DNA from: Armatimonadota bacterium
Lineage (GTDB): Bacteria; Armatimonadota; Fimbriimonadia; Fimbriimonadales; Fimbriimonadaceae
Length of the DNA: 64,000 nucleotides
Reading direction: 5' to 3'
Assembly: GCA_016789105.1 (NCBI GenBank)
Contig: JAEURN010000010.1
Location: forward strand, 51,348-115,347
Shown here: positions 18,294 to 26,387 of the stretch, in pieces
How the letters are laid out: the number at the start of each line of letters is the position of its first letter
How positions within the stretch are numbered: the stretch's first letter is position 1
Made by a program: the position numbers and the translations under genes
The notes under the pieces: generated by a model
Told to the model about the DNA's origin: nothing
What the model saw: only the letters and a program-made list of their open reading frames with translations
The model's database searches: none

Positions 18294-20336
18294 TCAAACC
18301 GGGGGCAGGACTTTGGTGGCGGCCAGGGCCAAGAGTTCGTTTTGAGAGTTGCGCGACTTGCCGCGCATCTTGGCCATGCGGACGGTGTGGCCCTCGGGCA
18401 TCATCTGCCAGGCTTTGACGTTGTCTTCAAGAGCCAGGCCGATTGCCTTGTCGCGGAGATAGGCGATTTGGGCCGGATCCGAGACGGGGGCCAAGACCTC
18501 GATCCGGCGATCCAAATTGCGACGCATCATGTCCGCACTCCCGATGAAAGCTTCCTCCTCGCCGCCATTCTCAAAATAGTAGATCCGGCTGTGTTCCAAG
18601 AACCGCCCAACCACGCTGACGACGCGGATGTTTTCGCTGAGCCCGGGTACGCCAGGCCGCAGGCAGCAGATGCCTCGGACGACAAGATCCACCGGGATCC
18701 CCGCTTGGCTGGCTTCATAGAGGGCATCAATGACTTCGGTATCAACCAATGAGTTGAGTTTAAAGGCGATCCTCCCTTGGCCGGTTCGCCGGAACGCTTC
18801 GATTTCCCTGCCGATCCGGTCGATGATCTGTTCGCGGAGGTCGAGGGGGGCGACCAAGAGCTTCCGGTATTTGACTTGTCGGCTCTTTCCGGTCAGATAG
18901 TTGAAAAGTTCGGTGATGTCTTGGCAGATTTCGGGGTCGCTGGTGAAGAGGCCAAGGTCGGTGTAAAGTTTGGCCGTGCTGGGGTTGTAGTTCCCTGTGC
19001 CGATGTGGGCATAGCTCCGGATACCATCCTCGTCTTTGCGTACGATCAAACAAAGCTTGCAGTGGACTTTCATTTCGACCGTCCCGTAGGTAACATGGAC
19101 GCCGCTCCGTTCCAGCGCGCGCGACCAAACCAAATTGTTGTTTTCATCGAACCGGGCTTTGAGTTCGACCATCACCGCAACCTGCTTTCCGGCTTCGGCG
19201 GCGGCAAGCAGGCTTTCGACCACGGGCGATTCTGCGCCGACCCGGTACAGGGTCTGTTTAATGCCAATGACCCGTGGATCGTTGGCCGCCGATCGCACGA
19301 AGGCATGGACGGGTTCAAAGTCGTCGTACGGCAAATGGATCAGCACATCCCGTTGGCGGATTTGGCCGAAAAGCTGTTCGGCATTGCAGACCGCTTCTGC
19401 CCGGTAGGGCAAGTGGGGTTCGAATTTGAGTTCCGGCCGGTCGAGGTGCGCGATTTCCCATAGGAAATCGAAGCCGATTCGCCCGTCCACCTCCACCGTG
19501 TCATCTTCTTGGAGTTCCAATTGCTCCATAAGGAGGCGGAGGCCGGCCCGGGGTAACCCCTGGTCGACTTCCAACAGCACCGGGTCGCCAAACCGGCGCA
19601 TCCGGAGCGTCTTTTCAACGGCATCAATCAGGTCGGCGGCCTCCAGTTCGCGGATTTCGATGTCAGCATCGCGGACCACCCGGAACAGGTGGGCCCCCCG
19701 AACTTCGACCCCGGGGAAAAGATAGGAGAGGTGGGCGACGATCAAGTCCTCCAGCAAGATGAAGGATTGTGGGTCGCCGGGGATCGGGACAAGCCGGGGC
19801 AACAGTGGGGGGACTTTGACCCGCGCCCACTGGGTTTCTGCACCATCGCCGAGTTCGACCGCGAGGTTGAGGGAACGGTTGCTGATGAATGGGAAGGTCA
19901 TGGCCGGTTCCATCATCAGCGGGGTAAGGAGGGCGAAAATCTCCCGTTCAAACGACAAAGTGAGTTGCTCGCGAACCGGCTCATCGAGTTCGGAGAAACC
20001 CATGATTCGGATCCCAGCCTCGTCGAGGCTGTCAGAAAGATCCCGCCAGACTTGCGCCGCTTGGGCCCGTAGAGGCTTGACAACCTCGGCGATCATTTGC
20101 AGTTGCTGCGAGGCCGATAAGCCATCGGGGGATAGCTGGCTCATGCCCGCGGCCTCTTGTTCGATCAGACCCGAGACGCGGACCATATAGAACTCGTCAA
20201 GATTCGACTCGAAAATCGCGAGGAACTTCAGCCGCTCCAGCAAGGGGTTTTCCGGGTTTGCCGCTTCTGCCAGAACCCGGCCGTTGAATTGCAACCAACT
20301 CCATTCCCGGTTGACGTAGCGGGGGTGCCCGGTCAT
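18294..20336 (-). CDS. ppk1: Polyphosphate kinase 1
   Basis: YVNREWSWLQFNGRV, FESNLDEFYMVRV, DVLIHLPY, KQTLYRV, ELKARFDE, KVHCK, GTGNYN and GRFLEHSRIY motifs. Confidence 0.96.
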   Translation of the reverse strand: MTGHPRYVNREWSWLQFNGRVLAEAANPENPLLERLKFLAIFESNLDEFYMVRVSGLIEQEAAGMSQLSPDGLSASQQLQMIAEVVKPLRAQAAQVWRDLSDSLDEAGIRIMGFSELDEPVREQLTLSFEREIFALLTPLMMEPAMTFPFISNRSLNLAVELGDGAETQWARVKVPPLLPRLVPIPGDPQSFILLEDLIVAHLSYLFPGVEVRGAHLFRVVRDADIEIRELEAADLIDAVEKTLRMRRFGDPVLLEVDQGLPRAGLRLLMEQLELQEDDTVEVDGRIGFDFLWEIAHLDRPELKFEPHLPYRAEAVCNAEQLFGQIRQRDVLIHLPYDDFEPVHAFVRSAANDPRVIGIKQTLYRVGAESPVVESLLAAAEAGKQVAVMVELKARFDENNNLVWSRALERSGVHVTYGTVEMKVHCKLCLIVRKDEDGIRSYAHIGTGNYNPSTAKLYTDLGLFTSDPEICQDITELFNYLTGKSRQVKYRKLLVAPLDLREQIIDRIGREIEAFRRTGQGRIAFKLNSLVDTEVIDALYEASQAGIPVDLVVRGICCLRPGVPGLSENIRVVSVVGRFLEHSRIYYFENGGEEEAFIGSADMMRRNLDRRIEVLAPVSDPAQIAYLRDKAIGLALEDNVKAWQMMPEGHTVRMAKMRGKSRNSQNELLALAATKVLPPV

Positions 20337-21253
20337 TTGCCCTTGCCCACCATCCATTGTTCATCCAACGAATCGCCGAGTTCCAAAATCGCCCCTTCGC
20401 GCACGCCGTATTGGCTGACTTGGAATTCACTATGCCCGAACAGCCCCAAGATGTGCCGGAGGACCAGAGATCCGGCGAGCAAAGTGCGGGCGCGGTTGAT
20501 TTTGACGTCGTACCGATCCACGATGACTTCGGTATCCAGCCGCGCGCAGTCCCAGGCCAAGAAGTCCAATTCTTCGACGTGCATCATCTTTTCGCCATCG
20601 GGATGCAAGGCGCGCCACAGCCCTCGGCTGACTCCCCCGCAGGCCACGATGCGTTTTACCGGCGGGTAGCCGGTGAGTTCGTCGCATTCGATCTCGATAA
20701 TTTCTAGCGCCTTCTCAACGGCGTACCCGGTCGGCGGTTGATCCAGGCCGCTCCGTGCCCTCAATGCCCCTGATCCGATGGGGAGGCTGGCAAGCCTTTG
20801 GATCGAGCGGTTCTCGCATAGGGCGACTTGAACGCTCCCGCCCCCGGCTTCGACCATGAGCATCGGCTCATCCCCTTTGCAGTCGATCTGGCAGCTGCGG
20901 TAGCTCAACTCCGCTTCCCGGAGCGGGGAGATGATTTGGATAGCGATACCGAACCGCCGGTTCGCTTCTTCCAAGACTTCGTCGTGGTTTTCGGCTTGGC
21001 GCATCGCCTCGGTGGCGAAAAAAGCCGAAGCTTCGACTTTGTATTCGTCGAGAAGCGACCGGAATTGCGCCAAAGTCGCCATCAACTCTTTGACTTTGTC
21101 ATCAGGGATCTCGCCATGCCGGCTGACGACCTCCCCCAAAGAAAGCCATTCGCTTTGGTTAACGAGCCGTTTAAGCCCCGAATTGGTGAGATGGCCGATC
21201 AGCAGGTGTGCGGTATTACTCCCCACGTCTGCGGCAGCGATCAGTCGGCCCAT
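20333..21253 (-). CDS. Ppx/GppA-family exopolyphosphatase (short form)
   Basis: DVGSNT, ATEAMRQA, EAELSY, EAGGGS and GVREG motifs; no C-terminal HD domain; coupled to ppk1 by an ATGA overlap. Confidence 0.88.
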   Translation of the reverse strand: MGRLIAAADVGSNTAHLLIGHLTNSGLKRLVNQSEWLSLGEVVSRHGEIPDDKVKELMATLAQFRSLLDEYKVEASAFFATEAMRQAENHDEVLEEANRRFGIAIQIISPLREAELSYRSCQIDCKGDEPMLMVEAGGGSVQVALCENRSIQRLASLPIGSGALRARSGLDQPPTGYAVEKALEIIEIECDELTGYPPVKRIVACGGVSRGLWRALHPDGEKMMHVEELDFLAWDCARLDTEVIVDRYDVKINRARTLLAGSLVLRHILGLFGHSEFQVSQYGVREGAILELGDSLDEQWMVGKGK

Positions 21254-21286
21254 CCCCTCAGAGTATGGCAGACGCCGCCCGGGGCC

Positions 21287-22729
21287 TTACCAACGGGTGG
21301 TAACGGTGTATTTGATGGTTTTGACTTCGTTCGGTTTGAGATCGACGGTGAACTCGTACGTGTTGGCGTCCAGTTTCTTGGGCTGCATACTCATCTCGCT
21401 AAGTACGTGTTCCCACCAATGGCGTTCCAGGACGGTGACGCTTTCGGCGGATTCTTTACGGTTGCGAACCTCGATTTCAAAGGTTTCGACCGCGCCATGG
21501 ATGTTGCCGTCGACCCGGAACCATTTGAAAGCCGTTCGTTTGCGTTCAGCGCGGATATCGAAAGCGCGGCCAACGGTGAGCGTGACTTCCTCATCCTTGG
21601 GGGTGTGGTCGATGTTGTCTTCGCCCAGCAACTGCAAAGAACCCGAACTATCGCGCTGGTAAACCTTCACCGTCCCCATGGGGAGCGGCATGCCCAGGTT
21701 GCTGGCTTTGTCGTTTTTGATCACCAACTGGATGAGGGGTTTGATCTCGCCCATCCCGACCTGCCCTTCGTTGGGTTGGTAGCCCCGGTAGTAGCGCATG
21801 GCGTCCACGACGAGCTTCTTTTTGACCGGCACGTTGAGGGCCTCTAGGAGGCTGACCTGCTTGATTTCGCGGTTGCGGACTTCGGTCGGCCGGGTGAGGG
21901 TGTACAGGTGGTAATCGGCAAACTGCTCTTCTTCGAATTGGTTGGCATCAGCGGCTTTGGCGGCCATACGGGCTCCACCACCCCCAAACCCCCCGGTGGG
22001 TTGGTTCGTCACCCGTTGCACGTCTCCCGCTAAAAGCTTGAGGATCCGGACGGAGAAGCTGGTTCCGCAGTTGTTGGTGAGCGTAACCCACCCTTTGAAA
22101 TCGCCCTTCTTCCCTTGGTCATCCAAAGAAAGCACATAGTCCGACTTCCAGGACATTCCTTGGGTGATGTAGCTGAGCTCGACGTTGTTCGTCCCGGCTT
22201 GGGCAGAATCGAGCTTCCACACCAGGGTCGGCTTGGTGATGAGCCCGGCGGGGATTGAATCCACTTCGATCTCTCCACTGGGGTTCAAAATCACGCGGCC
22301 ATCGGCCGTTTGAATGACCATGCCGTTCCATGTGTGGCTTTGCCCGCCGTTGGCATCGGAGACGATCTGGGTGGGCGCACTCATCAGGGTGCCGGTGAGG
22401 CGTTCCCGGCTGCCATCGGGGAATACACGGTTGAACGTGATCTGCGACCCAACTGCCTTGTTCAAGATCGCGATCGGGGAGATGAGGTCATATTGGTAGT
22501 TCTGCTCAAGAACGCTAAAACTGCCTGGCGAACTGAGGCTGCGGATCGCCACGCTGTTAGCCTCGATCATTTGGGCGACATCTTGGACGGCGACGTCTTG
22601 CAGGCCGGTCTTAAGTTCCAGGTTGCGGCTTTCCCGGACGAGCGCAAATCCGCCGTTGTAGATGGTGAGGTCGGTCGAAGTCGGCGGATTGGCGGCGATC
22701 ATGCCCAAAAGTGCCCCGGCAATGCTCAT
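21287..22729 (-). CDS. DUF4139/DUF4140-type secreted protein
   Basis: LTIYNGGFALVRE, EQNYQYD, LSYITQGMSWKSDY and KQVSLL patterns. Confidence 0.8.
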   Translation of the reverse strand: MSIAGALLGMIAANPPTSTDLTIYNGGFALVRESRNLELKTGLQDVAVQDVAQMIEANSVAIRSLSSPGSFSVLEQNYQYDLISPIAILNKAVGSQITFNRVFPDGSRERLTGTLMSAPTQIVSDANGGQSHTWNGMVIQTADGRVILNPSGEIEVDSIPAGLITKPTLVWKLDSAQAGTNNVELSYITQGMSWKSDYVLSLDDQGKKGDFKGWVTLTNNCGTSFSVRILKLLAGDVQRVTNQPTGGFGGGGARMAAKAADANQFEEEQFADYHLYTLTRPTEVRNREIKQVSLLEALNVPVKKKLVVDAMRYYRGYQPNEGQVGMGEIKPLIQLVIKNDKASNLGMPLPMGTVKVYQRDSSGSLQLLGEDNIDHTPKDEEVTLTVGRAFDIRAERKRTAFKWFRVDGNIHGAVETFEIEVRNRKESAESVTVLERHWWEHVLSEMSMQPKKLDANTYEFTVDLKPNEVKTIKYTVTTRW

Positions 22730-22760
22730 ACCCGAATGGACGGCCAACCGTTGCAGCCGG

Positions 22761-23531
22761 TTACGGTGACTCGGAGAAGGTCTGGGTTTGACGGCACAAG
22801 CTCACAAAATCGCAATGGGGGCAAAGCCTTTCCTTGAAATAAGGGTCAACATCCACCCATTCCCGGTTCAAAATCCCCTCTCCGAGTTCGGTGACCTCCA
22901 ACTGGAATTGGGTGAGTTCATCCGATGAGAGTTGGGCGGTGGCCTTTTGGCCCGTCCGGACGGCGATGATGGAGGCAGTGACCGGGCGGCCCGGGAAATG
23001 CTCCTGCAGGATGAGTTGGTAGCACGCCATCGCCAGGTCGTCCCGGACTTCGGATTCGGTGACCGATTCCCGGCCCGATTTGTAATCGATAATCTCGATC
23101 GTGCCGTCTTCGTGCTCGTCGATGCGGTCAACACGACCAATGAGAACGAATGGCCCAAGGTCTCGGCGGAACAACTTTTCCACGACGATGGTTTGTGCGG
23201 TGACCGGTTCCCGGAGAGACCGTTCAACGTGCATTTCGACGATCTGTTTGCCTTCGGCCAGGCTTTGCATCATGTGATCCTGACTGGCATATCCGGCTTC
23301 GATCCAGCTTTCTTCCAAAGCAGCAACGGCTTCGGCGGTTGTGGTCACGCCTTGGTCATTCGAATCATGGAACCGCTGCAAGACGGAGTGGAGGCTTGTG
23401 CCAAAGCTGAAGTAGCTCTTGGACCGCAAATACCATTTGCCTTTGGGATTGACGTAAGTCCAATAGTATTTGACCGGGCAGGCCAGGTAGGTCGTCAGTT
23501 TGGTGGGGCTGAGGGTGGGTCTGCGAGCCAT
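22761..23531 (-). CDS. PD-(D/E)XK nuclease, RecB/Cas4-like, with four Cys
   Basis: LSPTK...CP, GTSLH, GRVDRID, IIDYKSG and C-terminal CPHCDFVSLC. Confidence 0.88.
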   Translation of the reverse strand: MARRPTLSPTKLTTYLACPVKYYWTYVNPKGKWYLRSKSYFSFGTSLHSVLQRFHDSNDQGVTTTAEAVAALEESWIEAGYASQDHMMQSLAEGKQIVEMHVERSLREPVTAQTIVVEKLFRRDLGPFVLIGRVDRIDEHEDGTIEIIDYKSGRESVTESEVRDDLAMACYQLILQEHFPGRPVTASIIAVRTGQKATAQLSSDELTQFQLEVTELGEGILNREWVDVDPYFKERLCPHCDFVSLCRQTQTFSESP

Positions 23532-23533
23532 GG

Positions 23534-25099
23534 TCAAAACCCATCAAAGAGGGAGTCGCGGGTTTCGCCTGCGACAAGGTGGGTGCGGTGAGCGAGCGTG
23601 ATCGCCTCGTCCAAGGGGATGTCGTCGATTTCTGTGTGCTTAAAGGCCAAAGCTGCCGAACTGAACCGGGCGGTTGCCAGCCCAAACAACCTTTGGGCGG
23701 GGTTCTGGGTCACTTCGGTCAACTGGATCTTTGGCATGGGAAGGAAGTTCCACCGGGTTTTGAACCACCCGGTTCTGGTGGCGATGACATGGTTGCTCTC
23801 GCTCCAACGCATAAACCGAGAGTAAACAACACCCGCCACTATGGCGAGGCCGGCCAGCAGCGTAGCAACAGCGAACGGCAACCAGGGCTGGGCCAGGAGC
23901 GGAGCGGTTTTCAAGGCGTCCGGTACATTGCGCCGAAACAGGGTGGCCAAGCCAAAGAGTCCGCCGCCGACGAGCAGAACGGGCCAAATTGCCGAACGCA
24001 AATGCCTCCAAACCGTTTTGGGGCTCACCGGCCTATATTCGGGATGATTGAGGTCGTATTTGGGGAGAGTGGATTTCAGCAGGTGCTCCCGCATCGGGTC
24101 TCGCAAGACCGGGGTTAGCAGGGGGGCGCTGTGGGTGTGTTGCTGGCTGCCCTCGCCCTCGCCGCCTTTAGATTCGTAAGCCATCCCGCCGGCGGTTGCC
24201 GCATACATCTTGCAAACCCCCAGCCATCTTTGGAACAAGTTCTGGTCGATGTGGACGGTTTGGATCCGGTTGACGGGGATCATGTTTTCGAAATGGTTGA
24301 TTAGCCCATAGGCCCGCCTGAGCTTTCCATCCCGCTCGCTGAGCTCGAATCCGTAATACTTGACGAACGTGCCAATGATCGAGACCAGCCAGCCGAAGAC
24401 CAGGAAGGCGAGGATTCCCAAGATCATGAATTTGAAGACCTCTGCCCCCTGCAAGTGGCTGGACTTGATCGAGCCCGACTGGGATTCCAACGCTTTGGTG
24501 AGCAGGGGTTGGAAAAAGCTCAGGCCCGCAACGGCCGCAATCATTGCCCCGGCCCGGTTTTCGCTCACACCCACCAAGAACAATTCGTAGAGGGTGGGTT
24601 TGTAGAGGATGAGCCGTTCTTCGCCCCGGTTGATCCGGCTGTAGCTCCGGGCTTGCTGGCCAAGGAGTTGGGCCTGCAGGATATGGGCCTGCTCTTCGTT
24701 CAGCGAGGAGATTGTCGCCTCGGGCTTGGCCCCGGCAGCGGTTTCAATTTCCAATTCGACGAGTCCAAGGATCCGATGGAGCCAATCCCGCTTGACGTTG
24801 ATGTTTTGGATGCGGTCGAGCGGGATGGTGCGCAAGTTCTTGACGAAAATCCCGGACCTCACCAGCAATTTGCCCTCTTGCACGGCATACCCGTAGCTGA
24901 AATACCGGAGCAACGCGGGGATCACGACGAGCGCACCGACTGCCCCGGCAATCAGTTCCCCACTCATTTCGTCGCGGCGGCCGCCGTTCAGGACCATGTA
25001 GATCCCTGTGGCGATGACCAAAGCAAACCGTCGGATGAACCTTTGGAGTTCGATGACGGCGGTCAGCGGGTTGAGGCGGTTGAAGACGGTTTCAGGCAT
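23534..25099 (-). CDS. YdbT-like membrane protein with bacterial PH domains
   Basis: TM segments alternating with three bPH-like blocks (SGIFVKNLRTIPLDRIQNI, GLINHFENMIPVNRIQTV, GWFKTRWNFLPMPKIQ). Confidence 0.82.
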   Translation of the reverse strand: MPETVFNRLNPLTAVIELQRFIRRFALVIATGIYMVLNGGRRDEMSGELIAGAVGALVVIPALLRYFSYGYAVQEGKLLVRSGIFVKNLRTIPLDRIQNINVKRDWLHRILGLVELEIETAAGAKPEATISSLNEEQAHILQAQLLGQQARSYSRINRGEERLILYKPTLYELFLVGVSENRAGAMIAAVAGLSFFQPLLTKALESQSGSIKSSHLQGAEVFKFMILGILAFLVFGWLVSIIGTFVKYYGFELSERDGKLRRAYGLINHFENMIPVNRIQTVHIDQNLFQRWLGVCKMYAATAGGMAYESKGGEGEGSQQHTHSAPLLTPVLRDPMREHLLKSTLPKYDLNHPEYRPVSPKTVWRHLRSAIWPVLLVGGGLFGLATLFRRNVPDALKTAPLLAQPWLPFAVATLLAGLAIVAGVVYSRFMRWSESNHVIATRTGWFKTRWNFLPMPKIQLTEVTQNPAQRLFGLATARFSSAALAFKHTEIDDIPLDEAITLAHRTHLVAGETRDSLFDGF

Positions 25100-25619
25100 C
25101 TGTCGCCCCGGCTTCTGGTTGGGGTGCCGCCCCGGCGTCCGATGCGCGCACCAGGCTGCTGCGTAGAACTTCGGCCTCGTGTTGGCTGACGCCGGGAATG
25201 TAGGCAGCGGCAGTGTGCATGCCCCCGACAAAGATAGAAACGTGGACCAACCCGAGGGCCCGGGCGACCGGCCCGCTCGTGACGTCGACATGTTGCACAC
25301 GGTTCCGGTTGACGAACCGCCAACTCTTCCAAAAAATCCCCTTGGCGACCGCCAGGTCTTCTTCACCCAACTCAAACCGGTAGCAGTCAAAGCTCTTGTC
25401 CACCAAGAATTGTCCGATGCCACCGACAAAGACGATGACAATAACCGGGAGGGCAAAGGGAAAGATTTTCCAGCCCGGCACTTCGTGGCGGAAAAGGACA
25501 TCCAACCCGGCGGCAAGCCCGGCGAGGACGAGAGTCGCTATGGCATTACTAACCCGCCACAACGTCCGGACTTTTGGGTCGAGTTTCTGCCAAGTTTGGA
25601 TGTCAATCGATTTCGGCAT
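25092..25619 (-). CDS. YdbS-like membrane protein with one bacterial PH domain
   Basis: Two TM helices, then GIFWKSWRFVNRNRVQHVDVTSGP; directly upstream of the YdbT-like gene. Confidence 0.82.
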   Translation of the reverse strand: MPKSIDIQTWQKLDPKVRTLWRVSNAIATLVLAGLAAGLDVLFRHEVPGWKIFPFALPVIVIVFVGGIGQFLVDKSFDCYRFELGEEDLAVAKGIFWKSWRFVNRNRVQHVDVTSGPVARALGLVHVSIFVGGMHTAAAYIPGVSQHEAEVLRSSLVRASDAGAAPQPEAGATDA

Positions 25620-25647
25620 GGGCCGCCATTCCTTACGGAATGCCATT

Positions 25648-26355
25648 CTATCCGGCTTCGGAGTCCTTGAGCCATGCCATCACGGGCGAGGCATCGGCAG
25701 CTTGAGCAAGAGGCTCGATCTTCTCATCCCCGCGCACCCAACGGAGGATTTGGTGGGGGACTAGCTGGAGACCCATTTCGGCAACCGGGGGGGGCCAATC
25801 GAAATGGGCGTAGGGCCTCTCAACGGGGAGCAGCACGCCACGGGTCAATGAAAGGAGTCTTGCTTCTTCTGGGATGATTTCCAGAATCTGGGCCATGGAC
25901 TCGCGGATCGCATCTTCGCGGCTGCCCGATTCTAGACCCGGGTTTTCCAGGAGCCGCCGCGTCTGCTCCGAAAGTTGTTCCACCGGGGTTGGCCGGTTCC
26001 GATCCCCTCCGCCATAAAGATCGAGGGTATTGGCGGATTCAAAATATTCGAGGTTAGGCGACCAACCGCGGCTGGTCATCCGTCGGGCGCAGTCCTCGTG
26101 CATGGTCACGATGACCTCGGTTGCCCCGTCCAACGCATCGGTTGCCGATTGGCTGGATGCCACTGGGATCTCATCGTTCCAATCGTCGAGCAACCGCCGC
26201 AGCAGGAGGTCGGCAAGGTCGAGCCTTTCGGGATTGGCGTCAAACAAGCGGATTCCAAACGGGACGTCGGGGTACCACCGGGCAAGGGTTGCGCTGACAA
26301 GGGGGGCGGTTCGCATGTTCCCAGCTCCCAGGACGGCGACGATGCGTTCCCTCAC
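25648..26355 (-). CDS. Hypothetical protein with GH4/LDH-like Rossmann N-terminus
   Basis: VAVLGAGN...RLFDANPERL...DALDGATEVIV resembles the NAD-binding start of family-4 glycosidases; only 235 aa. Confidence 0.5.
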   Translation of the reverse strand: MRERIVAVLGAGNMRTAPLVSATLARWYPDVPFGIRLFDANPERLDLADLLLRRLLDDWNDEIPVASSQSATDALDGATEVIVTMHEDCARRMTSRGWSPNLEYFESANTLDLYGGGDRNRPTPVEQLSEQTRRLLENPGLESGSREDAIRESMAQILEIIPEEARLLSLTRGVLLPVERPYAHFDWPPPVAEMGLQLVPHQILRWVRGDEKIEPLAQAADASPVMAWLKDSEAG

Positions 26356-26387
26356 GCCGCAAAGTCTACCGGGGAGGCCGCACCGGG

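Noticed and set aside
18079-18418. Small ORFs in the M28-ppk1 intergenic region
   Set aside because: The translations mirror the palindromic DNA (PLP/GEG-type text) and show no start signals or motifs.
22761-23531. CRISPR-Cas locus suggested by the Cas4-like nuclease
   Set aside because: No repeat-spacer array or other cas genes were seen in the window.
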